Source of the DNA: Octopus bimaculoides
Taxonomy: Eukaryota
Direction: 5' to 3'
Assembly: GCF_001194135.2 (NCBI RefSeq)
Contig: NC_068981.1
Span: 107,440,788 to 107,479,737, forward strand
Length of the DNA stretch: 38,950 nt
Part shown: positions 24,089-36,555 of the stretch, piece by piece
Layout of the letters: every line of letters begins with the position of its first letter
Numbering within the stretch: the first letter of the stretch is position 1
Notes under the pieces: model-generated
The model's input: the letters and a program-made list of their open reading frames with translations, nothing else
What the model was told of the DNA's origin: nothing
The model's database searches: none
Made by a program: the position numbers and the translations under genes

Positions 24089-24140
24089 CTGAAAATGCAA
24101 CAGACAATATACAAAATAACCTCTATAACTTGGAGAAACA

Positions 24141-24330
24141 TTAACCCTTTAGCATTAAAACCAACCATATCTGGCCAAAATATTCTACCTAGCTATATCT
24201 AGCCTCTCACTCCTACTCTACAATATCATTCTGAAAATAAACAACCACATCATTGTAATCTCAAAGCCACATAAAAACAATTTGAATAAGCAATACATGT
24301 AACAGAGTAATCTGAATACTAAAGGGTTAA
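24141..24330. mobile_element. piggyBac-type MITE, 190 bp including TTAA flanks
   Basis: ttaa|ccctttagcatt ... aatactaaaggg|ttaa: TIRs starting CCC and TTAA at both ends. A solo left end recurs at ~33735-33775. Confidence 0.8.
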
Positions 24331-25049
24331 TACTGTACAACTGTCAAACAATTATCGTTTTATGACTAAAACTTTGGAGTAAGTATACTTTGCAGTTAGT
24401 TCAGTCAACTAACATTGTATAGATCAGTGTTTATTGACACTGTAGCCAAATCTTACTTGAACCTCTAAGATATAACTTATATTCAAGTATATTGACAATT
24501 TTTATGAGGAATCACCAATATAAAGTTTGGTGACAAGTGACAATTGTAAGACAAAGACATACACAGGATTTGAAATGTTGCAATATAAAAGCACAGTAAG
24601 TTGTTACCTTATCCTTGTACAGAAATATGAAAATCATGTCATTAAAGAAGTATTTAAAAAATAGTAAATTCTTTCAAACAGAATTATTTACAAGTTATTT
24701 TTCTGGACTATTATTATTTATTTGGATTATTTGTTATTTTTTAAATAAATCTTTTTAAATCAGTGTTAATGCTTTAATTTTATAATCAACTGTTGCCAAA
24801 AATATTTTAGATAATTAATATTTTCTTTCTCTGAGGTGAAAATTATTTTGGAACAAAATTTCGAGAAATTCACTTTTATTAATAAGGAAACCAAATGGCA
24901 GAAAATTTTATAGGGATTTCAAGTATAAATTCATGGATGCTGAGAGTTAGAGTAAACATGTATGTTAGATAGAGTGGGTAAGGAAATGAAAATACTGTGT
25001 ATTGCAATAGAAGTTGTAGACCATAAACTATTATTCAAATCAAAATTTA

Positions 25050-25210
25050 GATAGGCATTAGGAAGGGCATTAAGCCATAAAAACCAATCCAAATCAGACA
25101 GGAACATACTACAGCTCTCCAGCTTGCCAGCTCTGGTCAAACTGTCCAATCCTTGCTAGCATGGAAAATGGACATTAAATGATGATGATGACGATGGTGA
25201 TGATGATGAT
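25050..25210 (+). mobile_element. SINE family A (3' part)
   Basis: ggcattaggaagggcat...tgctagcatggaaaatggacattaaat(gat)n. Confidence 0.8.
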
Positions 25211-26179
25211 AAAAGAGTCTGATCAACCTTTAACCTAGAATTTACAGGTGTAAGCAGATGAAATAATTCCAAGTATACAAAATAATTTAATATCAATGAC
25301 TGACAGGTTAGCATCATCAGTTCATACAAGAATTATTCCAAGGTGGAAGGATGGAAAGATGCATGAATGCAACATTAGAACTAATATACTGAATGAAAAG
25401 ATATTTAAAATGATAACTAATGAGAATGCAGTTTCTAAATGAGAATGAGAGAATAGATTCCACATTTCTTCAGTGACATTAATATGAATGAAGCTTTTGG
25501 TAAAAAATATTTATCCATATTTTCTTGTAATAGGCTTTTTAAAATTTTGGTGAGTGCTCATATATTTTGGTGAAATTAGTAGATAAATCCTGTTACTTAA
25601 GTAATATGGCTAATGCTGCAAGTAAATCAGACAAAAGTATAGTTGCTCAAATGGAAATTAAGTGGATGATGTTCAAAGAATTGTTACTTGAATTAAAAGA
25701 AAAAGAGAAAAAAGCATTTCTCTATCTATAAATGATTTGGCAATATGAGATGGTAAAAAGCATTGATCTGTATGTCAATGAAATATTAGTAGTGAATGTA
25801 GAACTGTAGTGATTGACAGGAATGAGTACAGTCCAATGAATAATGTGAATTTAGAAGAAAGGCTGATAGCAAATTATTTGAAAAGTGAATGAGCATCAAA
25901 AAGCACCACAAATATATTCAACAGATGACCCAACTGGTCTGTACATTTAATTTGAATGGAAGATCAAAATGAGAAGGAAAGTACCAAAAGTTGACACTGA
26001 TAAAATTGGGCCAAGTAAAACTTATGGAGAGGTCAATTCAGATGTACAGAACATTGAGTCTCACAGCAAAATGACATCTAATTGAAACATGGTGATAAGC
26101 TGTACAACAGACTTTGCTAACATTCACCAATATGGAGAAATATGTACAGTAATAATACATTAAATGTACTTCCAAAACT

Positions 26180-26379
26180 GACCTCGCCTGTGCTTGTGCC
26201 ACATAAAAATCACTTAGTCCATTCTGCTGAGAGGCTGGTGTTAGGAAGGGCATTCAGCTGTAAAAATCCTGTCAAAACAGTTACAGCAATCTAGTGCAGG
26301 CTTCTGCCTGGCCAGCTCTTGTCAAACCATCCCACCCATGCCAGCATGGACGGCAGACGTTAAATGACGATGATGATGA
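26180..26379 (+). mobile_element. SINE family A
   Basis: gtgccacataaaaatcac...gtgttaggaagggcattcagctg...ccatgccagcatgga..agacgttaaatgacgatgatgatg. Confidence 0.8.
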
Positions 26380-26950
26380 CTTTGAAGTTCAATTCTCTCT
26401 CCTATACTATTTTTGTTCTACATAAAAGATCTATTTACTGTCATCTCTAACTATACAAACATATACAATCTCAAATTACTGTCTCCACCATATCCCTCCT
26501 TCATCTTACAAAACTTTCAAATACATACACAGTTGCAACACATCTCACCAAGTATGCACCTTTTCCCTATAATGAGAACTCAACATCAACCTCCTTAAGC
26601 AAAAGAAAACCATAAGGCTATGTAATTACTGTTCAACTTTTTGTCTCCTGAAGGTTCACACAGGCAAGAAACTGAGTAGGGATGATATGAATCATCAGTT
26701 CCAAACAAAAGATATACTCTACTGCATGTATTGTGTACAGTACTTACTCTCCTATTTGTTTACCTAAAAAAGTATTACATATACACAACAGTGATTAACT
26801 GTAACCTATGAGCCTTGGATTTCTCTCTTTCCTCATCTTTTAAACAAAGAACAATTAACAATCAGGTAAACAATTCTGTGGCTCTACAAGACAGTGATCA
26901 AGCATGGCTTTACAAACTGAAGAACTAAACAGAAAATAACTAAAGAACTA

Positions 26951-28885
26951 CAGGAATTCCTTGCTTTACAGAAGTAATGTGTTTCTGAAAATCTGGTTGT
27001 AACGAAAACTTAATTTTCCTATTGATTTTCATATTATCAAAAAAGTTTGTGTTTTGTGTTCATATGGACTTTTTCAAAAAGGTTAAAAAAAAAAAGAACA
27101 AGAAAACAACAGAACAAGCAACATAATCACCTTTATATATGAAAATAACTATTTCCAAAGACACACAGTACAATATAGAAGCATAAAAACACAAAAACAT
27201 TTCAAGAGGAATAAATTAGGGAAATGATAAGAATATTGTAAACAGTGTACTAAGTAGTGGTGGTAGTGGAATGGGCATTACTAGGAGGACAAAATCTACA
27301 ATCATGAAGTTCATTTACATTCATTCACAAACATCAATTCATTATCACAAACACTGAGGAGTGAAGAACTTATCCAAGGTCGTTTGTTGTTTATGATGCA
27401 TCATCTCTTTGTACAGCCCAGTATAGGAACTGAGTCCATTGTAAACTACTCTTGTAATTTTTAAGCTACATTCATCATTAGGATCGTTATTAACTAAAAC
27501 TGCAGCCTTCCTCTGTAAATGTCAACTCTATAGCAACAATATTTATTGTCGATTTAAGTGGTGTAGATGGAACTTCCATTGTCTCATCTGTATTCTCAGC
27601 TTGGTCTTTTTCCAACTGCATCAGCTCCTCATTAGATAAACTTTCTCTCTGAGGTACTAGAAGCACAACCACATCATCCTCTATGACTTCTACAAATCCT
27701 ATATCCTTTACAAGTGTCACAATAACTTTTCAAATTTGACGGAGACTTTCTGCAAGAGGAAAGCTTATAATGTTACAGACACAGTCTGACCAAATACTTT
27801 TCCAAGCACTATTCAAAGCTGAAGGTTTCATTTCATCCCATGATTTAGCTATATTATCCACAGCATCCACTATGTTGAATTTCTTCCAGAAATCTCTAAC
27901 TGTAGATTTATCCTCCCTGACAATTGCTTTGATAAGTTGTTTGAAAGTTCTCCTCATATAATAGGCCTTGAAGTTAGCTATCACACCTTAATCCACTGGC
28001 TAGAGCAAAGAAGTTGTATTCTTGAGGATATATTCTACTCTCACATTATCAGAAAAGTCAAGTTCACTGGGTGACTGGGTGCATTGTCTAAAAGAAGCAA
28101 TATTTTGTTAGAAATATAGCTGGTATTATACCTTTCCACCACAGGACAAAAACCATTTGTAAACCATTCTTTGAAAAGGCTCAGTCATCCATGCCTTCTT
28201 ATTTGAATGCCAAATCAGAGATAGATTAAACTTTGTGTAATCCTTGAAAGCCCTTAGATTTTTGGAGTGATACACATGTAGGGGCTTTTATTTCATATCA
28301 CCAGCAGCACTTCCTCCCAAAAGAAGTATCAGACAATTTTTGGAAGATTTAAACCCAGATTTTGACTTTTACTCTCAAGAAATAAGGGTTCTAGCAGGCA
28401 TGCAGTCTCACCAAAATGGTACACTTGTACACTTGTGTGTAGGCCCATTTAGCAATCATTTTCTTCAACTATCCAGGATAACTGGTAGCAGCCTCTGTAT
28501 CAGTACTCTCAGTTTCACCAGTCCTTTTCTGCAAATCATCATAAAAACTTTTGGCTCTTTTTTGAATTACCATTGTCCTTATTGACCCATTATGCCGATT
28601 CTGGTCCTCAATCCATACATTCAAGAGTCGGTCCATTTTAAGCTTTACATTAAATCTAAAGAAAAATAAGGCCTGTGCAGTTAATGGAGTAGCTCCTCAA
28701 ACATTTGACATAATTTTCTCTCTGTTGTCACATATTGTTGCCACTGTAGACATTGCAAATTTATTGTTTTGGTAATATAACTTAGTGTTATTTCTGCATC
28801 AAGTCTCTTTAAACATCAAGTTTAATCCCTTTGTGATTCTTTTTATCACTATTGCCTTCAGACCTATTTCATAACTTCTTTCCAG
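26951..28885 (-). mobile_element. Tigger/pogo DNA transposon; near full-length but decayed transposase (~27355-28885) plus 3' region with TIR-like end ta|caggaattccttgctttac
   Basis: Minus strand: AMSTVATI..NREKI..GATPLTA (HTH), DRLLNVWIEDQN..IQKRAKS (CENP-B HTH), GGSAAGDMK*KPLHVYHSKNLRAFK..WHSNKKAWMT, KILLLLDNAPSHP, GVIANFKAYYMRRTF (DDE_1), QTTLDKFF; many stops and frameshifts. The other TIR was not found. Confidence 0.9.
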
Positions 28886-29169
28886 AGATCTTAAATTGAA
28901 GGCAAATCCAACAGCAGAAGTTATTAATTATCCACAACTAATATGTAAAAAAAAAAAATTGGCTGAGGAAAGATTTGCTTTGTGAGAGCAGAAAATTGTC
29001 TTATTCCTATGGATGTAATTATGAAAATGAGATAAAAAGATGAAGTAGCGAGGAAAAGAAAGTACTATATGATTGCACTCAGCTGTAGGGTCACCAGATT
29101 TTATAAGCAATTCACCCCTTGCACTTCTGACTTAAGACATAAATACACACACTCACATATATATGCACA

Positions 29170-29485
29170 CAGACTGGCATTCCATCAGTTATAAGAGTTC
29201 CAGTTGATCTGATCAATGGAACACTCTGCTCATGAAATTAACATGCCAGTGACAGCACACCACAGACAAGCATAACTTTAACACAGTTCTCAGGAAGATT
29301 CAGTGTGTGACAGAATGTAACAAGGCTGACCATTTGAAATAAAGGTACTACTAATTTTTGCCTGCTGAGTGGACAGGAGCAATATGAAATAAAGTGTTTT
29401 GCTTAAGGACACAACATGCAGCCAGGAACTGAACATATGATTCCAAGGTCAAGAGCCAAATATCCTAAACACTAAGCCACACACA
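29170..29485 (-). mobile_element. tRNA-headed SINE with conserved-type central domain (family E here); tail piece also at ~35520-35570
   Basis: Minus reads gtgtggcttagtgtttaggatatttggctc...gttcagttcctggc...gttgtgtccttaagcaaaacactttatttca...ccactcagc (tRNA-like A/B boxes plus central domain). Confidence 0.7.
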
Positions 29486-29839
29486 TAAGTACACTCACAC
29501 TCAAATGTGCTGGTATACATGCTGATATTTGTTGTAGCTAGTTGGATTCAAAAGTGGGTGGGTTGATAATAGTGATGATGTGGGTTACATTGGTTCAGAT
29601 GTTTGTGATGGTGGGTAGGTATTGTTGTTGCTGTGGTGGTGGTCATATTGTTCATGCTAATTGTATTGCTGTGGCTGTTTAGTATCAAGTTGATCCTCAT
29701 AGACTTAAGATTGAAGACATTTCATTCAACTTTTAAAATACACTAAGATATCACATTATGTGTTTTTATTTTAAATGAATTTGCTTATCTACTTCAAACT
29801 ATATAGCTGTTGGAGGTTGTGTTCATGCTGATGATAGAA

Positions 29840-29890
29840 ATACATACATACATACATACAGATTCATGTGTGTGTGTGTATTATGTACAT

Positions 29891-29926
<36 letters not shown>

Positions 29927-30230
29927 TTGCATGTACATATGTATGTTTAACATGATGGTAGTTTTTCAAATCATTAACTATATAATTTGTTCTTAACTAA
30001 AACACAGGTGGTCACTGAGCTAAAAGAAAGTGTAGTTAAATTATTAATTTAAAACTACGCAATATGACTTTCTGTAAGAACAAAATTATAGACTGTATCT
30101 GGAACTTAATGGTAATATTTTACAATTTTCATAAGTGTAAAATCTTGTAACCTGAGGTAACCATAACTGTGTGTGTGTTTGAGAGAGAGAGGGAGAGAGA
30201 GAGAGAGGGAAAGAGAGAGAGAAAGAGAGT
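29840..30230. repeat. (TACA)n/(TATG)n tract 29840-29950 and (GA)n tract 30166-30230
   Basis: Directly visible. Confidence 0.9.
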
Positions 30231-31259
30231 CTTTTGCTCCACACTCCAATAATGTTAAAAAGACTATGGTGATTGATGATCTTTTCCTTGTCTAATAAAC
30301 TTAATTTCAAATAGGCTGAAATGTCTCAAATTCTTAAGTGTCCTAAGTTTATTTGTGCAATTGGAGTAAAAGCTGAAGAATGGTAGTGTTTCACTGAAAA
30401 TAAGTTCTCTAAATAACCTAACTTGTTGGGGAGTAGAGGGATAGTGTAGGAACTAGAACCCCATAGTCAAGCAGTATGGTAAATGCCTTAGCAGCAAGAT
30501 GTTGCACAGTAATAACCAGGCAGTAACAAAAGTGTATTCCTAATAGAGGAATGGAGATAAATCTTTGAGCAGAATATGATGAGGTACACAAGTGTAAAGC
30601 AATGTAGGTGAAACTCACTTGTGATTCACAATCAATTTTCACTAATTGTGTAATTAACTCCCTTATAATGACATTTGTTAAAAATCAAGTCATTGTGTAT
30701 GAGAGCATCACTCATAATTATTTGAGCAATTATAAATGCTAAATGAAAACACTTTGCAAAATGAAAGAGAAATAGAGAAATCAAAACAAGTGGGATACAT
30801 GCTATTACAGGGGTCACTGACTCATGTCAGCTGAGATAAATAGAGGAGACTAATAAGGATTTTGTACATGTTTAACACCAGATCAGCCTTGATCAAACAA
30901 ACCTATTTTTGAGATGGTAAAGTGTGATTTGTGGTCAGAATTGACTGAAAATTGCAGAAGGTCAAATGATTAGGTTGAAACTTTCTTGTTGGATCATGAA
31001 TGATAGAAATAGTTAGAAATAAAAATACCAAAATATTGGTTGGTTTTTTAAAAGCAACTAATACTGAAGAGCATTTTAAATAACTGTAATACATTCTTTA
31101 TTGATACTTATTGATATGATATAACATTCCTCATGAATTACTCTAATTTATATCCATGTCACATAATAAATGTCATGTTTAAATCCAGGAGTTTTTCATT
31201 GAAGTATGTAACGAGTTGTTTACATTTTCAGCAAATTAATTGCCATTTTTAATTCTCAA

Positions 31260-31410
31260 TGACTATGCAAGTTTGTTGAAAAGTTCACAGGCTGATCAAT
31301 ATACTCTTCAGGAATGTGAACGAACGAGGTTTATTTTTCAACATAGTTTCTCTTGCAGCCCACACACTTCTTACATCAGTGTTGCAGTGCTTAGATTCCA
31401 TCGTCTCTGT
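31260..31410 (-). pseudogene. mariner transposase C-terminal remnant with adjacent TIR-like sequence
   Basis: Minus: DGI*ALQH*CKKCVGCKRNYVEK* (cf. mariner C-terminus GI..L..RW.KC....GDYVEK); TIR-like tgttgaaaagttcacaggctga at ~31270-31295. Confidence 0.7.
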
Positions 31411-32407
31411 CTCTGGCTCAAAGTGACAAACCCAACACTATCCTGGGTTAGGAAATGTGCAAGGAAGCCAGCTGGATCTGCCTCAAATAATGTCAGATTT
31501 CCCCATTATGTGATCAGCCTGGTGTGCTTTTGACCAAGTGTTACAAGTTCATAGAGCAGAATATTCTCAACTCTTTTACAGGATATGCTAATAGCATTGG
31601 CTATTTGATTTACAGTCATTCATTTATCATGTTCATGTATTCCATGGTGTAGTCAATCAAAGTGATGAACAGGCTATAACTGTTACTTAGTTTTTCATTC
31701 ATCTGAGGTTGATAAAACAAGTCAACTCTTTAAGCACTTATACACTTAAAAAGAATCAGTTTCACATTTCATCCTTACAAATCAAGTTCTGTATTCATTT
31801 GACATTACTTCTTCATATAATTTGTGGCTTTGAGCTAAAGAAATCAGTACTAGGAACTAGAGAGTGGGGATTGAGGCAATGTATGCCCCTCTCCTATGAA
31901 AACCATCTATTTACTAAAGGAAGCTGCTATAACAACAAGATATTATTTTTTTAATAAAGGAAGCATAACATGGTAATATTTGAAAGATAATATTTTATTC
32001 TTTTTTTTACTGTAATTTCTTAAAATACTGTCACAACTTAATTAGAATAAATCATTATAGAATATAGTAAACACTAGCTAATAAACACTAATTACTTAAC
32101 AATTGATACAAATATATATAAAATATATATAAAAAATGTCTATACATTCAAATAATAAATGTTTATAATTGAGATGCAAATGAATTTATCTAACTGAGGA
32201 TATCATGAATTGTTTACTTTCAGTACAACATCGAGACATTCAAGATCCAAAATATTACATCAGAGAAATAAATAAAATAAAATTCAAAATCAGTGCTAAT
32301 TAATGCTAATTACTTTGCAAACATTGTAACTCCTATTAGCCAGAAAATGAGAAGTCAGGTCATTCAATGAAACATTGATGTGAAGTTTTCGGGAACTTTT
32401 CACAACA

Positions 32408-32587
32408 GGTGCCACATAAAAAGCACCTAGTGCACTCTGTAGAGGAGTTGGCATTTGGAAGGGCATCCAGCCATAGAAACCAAGCTAGAACAGACTATGG
32501 AACCTGGTGCAAACTCTGGCCTTGCCAATTCCTGTCAAACCATCCAACTCATGCCAGCATGGAAAACAGATGTTAAATGTTGATGAT
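32408..32587 (+). mobile_element. SINE family A
   Basis: ggtgccacataaaaagcacc...gttggcatttggaagggcatccagcc...catgccagcatggaaaacagatgttaaatgttgatgat. Confidence 0.8.
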
Positions 32588-35109
32588 AAGATATATTAGA
32601 AATGGTTACATTATGAAAACAAATAAATAAAGAAAAAGCTTTAAATCATACTCTTTTCTTCTTTGAAAACAGGCAAAAATTAAATGTCTGAATGTAGTTA
32701 AAGAAAATATTGACTAAACTGTCCTGAAAAGTAAACATTGCAAGTCAAGTATTGATTATCTTAATGGTTTTATTAAATAATAGTATCATTTTTTTACTTT
32801 ATATGGCATTCATATCAGTTTTATCAGTTACTATTATTTGCAAACTAAATGCATAGCTTGTTTAAAAGGCATATTGTCTACTCAAATGTGTTTACCTTTT
32901 CTAATTTTTCTCATAAGAATGTTTAAAAAAAAAGCAATATAAATATGAAGAGAATCAACGGATTTCTTCTACACACTTTACTGTTTTACTCACCATTGAC
33001 CAAACTGATTTCTTGTCTGGTATAATTTTTCTACTTTTTTCTTTTTCTTTGAGTGAATAATTCCCACAACATTCACATTACTTAACGTTAATCTAAGATA
33101 CATATGATATTTATAAAGTCCATTCATTGAGTATTCCTTATAACATGACATGGTAATGAAAGCAGCCTATCCACACTTTCCTTCTGTTAGCTTTACAAAA
33201 ATCACTTAGCATACAATCATGGCGGCTGTTAATCACAGTGAATGAGCAAAAATATATTTTAATAAAAACCTATGCACAGGCAATAATTCTGAAACTGGCG
33301 GTGTTGCTATAATTTTAGAAAATAAATGGATATAAAAAAAGAATTGACAGTGTTTAGGTTATAACTGACATGAGAGAAGATAAGCATATGAAATTTTTAA
33401 AAGAGCAATGTTGAAGGTGGGTGATAAAGATATTGTTATTGTAGTAGAGGATTTTTAATAGCTACACTTAAAGGCACCAAATTAAATACATCAGAGAGAC
33501 TGATGGTCATGTCTAGAGCTAATGGAATCTAGATAGGTGAGATGGCTGAGTGGCTGCTGGCATTTCACTGTTTCTCAGATTCACATATTCTATATTGCCT
33601 CTGTTCACCTTTCTATCAGAAGCTGGTGCCGTATGATCTGAGAATGTTACCTGTGATATACTGGTATTAAATCCAGTAGAAGGTTTGTCTTACAAACAGT
33701 TGCTGCCTTCAAACATAAGCTAAACAATAGACTTTAACCCTTTAGCATTTAAACCAGCCATATCCAACCCAAATATAGAGAGAGAATTTAAGAAAATGCT
33801 ACCTTTATGGAAAAGACCCTCTTAATTGTAGACAGGTGTTAAGCAAGTTCAGAATAAGTAATGAAGTTGGGAGAAAAATCCTAAACCATAAGCTAACAAG
33901 TAGAGAAGTATAGTGAATAGGATGTCTAATTACAAGTCTCTAACAAAGGTTTAGACAGAAGACACATTATGATATTAGAATAAAATAATAACTAAGACAA
34001 CTGAAAATGATTGGGAGGCTTAGTAGCAGTGTAAAGAACAACAAGGATAAAATGAAAGTAGTTTGGAAGTGTGAAATTGAGAAATAGAGAAAGGATTATG
34101 AAAGATAAAAAGAGCCAATGGCTCTCATACTCATGTACAAGGTATTTGACTAAATAAATCGAGATAAAAAGGAGGAAAAATGAGTCCTTCATAGATAGTT
34201 ACTGATGTATTGAAAGCATCTGCATTTGGGGAAACATTACTCACCCATTTAGCTAATTAAATGCTACTGAAAGTTATTCCTGCTGTGACAATACTGAGAT
34301 TCTGAGCAGAGACCTAATAAATCAAAAGAGCAGCCAACTTATCACGTGACAAGAGAAATCAATGTTATTTTGGTTTTTTGTTGCAATTTTTAAATGATAT
34401 GTTATAATGGCAATTTCATCTTGAGTTACATTAAACAAACTGAAGAAAATACTGAAAATAGAAAAAAATAAAATGGTCCATTGTTAACAAGAGTGTGAGT
34501 AATCTCATGAATTTCATATTTCAAAATTGTGTTCAGGACCATCATATTATGTATTTCAATATTTTTGTATATACTATATAAATGTAGTTAATTGTTTGAC
34601 CTGATTTTTTTATATTGGTCTTAAAAATATCCAATAGCATACAAGAGAAAACTGAAGTAGTCTATACTAAGGATGACTATGATATAGCAATAGATTACTT
34701 GTAATAATTTATAAATAGAGAGCCATAGGTGTGAAATATCAATGTTGGTATATCGACAAAATTGGATTCTCACAGATTTAGCTCCCACCTCTCAATCTGT
34801 CAAACCTATTTATAAAGTCATTTATAGATCAGACATTAGTGAGTTGCTTTCATAAGTTACTCCAGCCACTGGAATGCCTGGCAAAAATTATGGGGTTTTT
34901 TCTATTCAAAATTTTTTTTTGCTATTGATTATTTCATTAAAAACAATGCAACTTTTTTTTTGTATGGCAGTATTAAATGTCTTACAAATAACTATTCTAA
35001 CATAGCAGAAATTGGATTGGTTTTCAAAATTGAAATATAGTGATGGGTAAAGAAATTTTGCACACACTTGATTAAAAAAAAAAAAAAGTAACATTTAGTA
35101 ATGAGTGAG

Positions 35110-35428
35110 TAAAAAGGCTTCGGTCAGAAGTCATTGCCTCGGTAAGGCCCAATGTTCTAAGGTCGTGCTTCACCACCTCATCCCAAGTCTTCCTGGGTCT
35201 ACCTCATCTGCAGGTTCCCTCAACGGCTAGGGTGAGACACTTTTTCACACAGCTGTCCTCATTCATTCGCAACACATGACCATACCAGCGCAGCCGTCTC
35301 TCTTGCACACCACATCTGATGTTTCTTAAATCCAACTTTTCTTTCAGGACGCTTACACTCTGTCATGTATACACAATGACATTACACATCCAGCAGAGCT
35401 TACTGGCTTCATTCCTTGCAAGCTTACG
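35110..35428 (-). pseudogene. RTE LINE ORF 3' end fragment
   Basis: Minus: RKLARNEAS..WMCNV..VQERRLRWYGHVLRMNEDSCVKKC..VEGTCR*GRPRKTWDEVVKHDLRTLGLTE (RTE RLRWYGHV.R and GRPRKTW motifs). Confidence 0.85.
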
Positions 35429-35604
35429 CCATTATATATATGTTGTATGATAAGGTATATCATTGCCAAAAGTGATCTAACAAACACTAGTATATTCAAC
35501 AAGGATGATACATCACATTAATAGATTAGCTGGAACCCTCATCCTCGTAACTAATGTAGTGCCAGTAAAAAATATAAATTGCCCTACCTGATAGGAAGGA
35601 TGTT

Positions 35605-35658
35605 TTACACATACATACATGCATGTGTGTGTGTATATATATATAATATATATATATA

Positions 35659-35712
<54 letters not shown>

Positions 35713-35722
35713 NNNNNNNNNN

Positions 35723-35754
<32 letters not shown>

Positions 35755-35832
35755 TGTATACACACACACACACACATACATACATGATATCTACATACAT
35801 ATACACAAACACGCAAGCACATACATATATAT
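35605..35832. repeat. Compound (TA)n/(GATA)n/(CA)n microsatellite around a small gap
   Basis: Directly visible. Confidence 0.95.
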
Positions 35833-36032
35833 ATTTTGTGTTATGTTTAAAAGCAATGTCCGTTACTAGAATTTTCAACTTGAGTGAAATACAATGAACC
35901 ACTACAAATCCTTGATGGAGTATCCTTGTAAATAGACTAAAGACTGCCTAGCTTCTACTGGCAATAACGAAATATAACCAAGTAATGTTGAATGTGTATA
36001 GTTCATATGTTTCAGATCATTGATGCAACAGA

Positions 36033-36142
36033 TAAAAAGGAAATTCATCTCTTATGCATGATCTTTCTCAGTTAAGAAATTTCAAAATATTTTAAAATGG
36101 CTTAACTGAGGGAGATTTCACATAAGATGAATTTCCTTTTTA
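36033..36142. repeat. 110 bp imperfect palindrome (MITE-like hairpin), TA at both ends
   Basis: taaaaaggaaattcatc..ttatg...atct..ctcagttaag vs cttaactgagggagatttcacataagatgaatttccttttta. Confidence 0.8.
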
Positions 36143-36555
36143 CTTATTGTACAATATTATAAAGCATATATTAAATGCATACGTTAAACGATGATGATGA
36201 TGATACACACACACACACACACACACACACATAAAGTAACAAACTGAGGAAAAGAAATCCTTCAACTAGTACATCAGTTGGATACCATATAAATATTGGA
36301 ATAATTCAATTATAAAGATAAATTAAATATAGAGATATACTATTGACAATCCAATAATTTATTTATATTACCATATTACATTAAATACTATGAATATAAT
36401 ATAACATATAATATTACATAACATAAATAAATATAAAAACCATAGAAGGTCAATAAACTGTATCAACTTATATATATTTTTTCTGATATACATAATCAAA
36501 GTTCCATCATATAGAAAGTCACTTCAGGGAATTGACTTCTGAAAAAGACGAAATT

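Noticed and set aside
25230-26180. Purine-rich, vaguely coding-like + strand block
   Set aside because: Stops in all frames and no recognisable motif; cannot be assigned.
30619-30817. Signal-peptide-like minus ORF (…PVIACIPLVLISLFLFHF…) near a strong GTGAGT donor as candidate exon 1
   Set aside because: Starts at GTG, not ATG (the nearby ATG is out of frame), and hits a stop before the donor; no frame gives phase 2.
32994-33225. Minus-strand ATG frame ending at a strong TG|GTGAGT donor, with a nearby gccgccATG
   Set aside because: Joining TG to the first A of exon 2 creates TGA. The peptide is not a signal peptide and the Kozak-like ATG opens only 4 codons.
34245-34465. Strong minus-strand acceptor(s) and GG|GTGAGT donor
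   Set aside because: Stops in all frames. It could only be a non-coding exon, which cannot be supported without transcript data.
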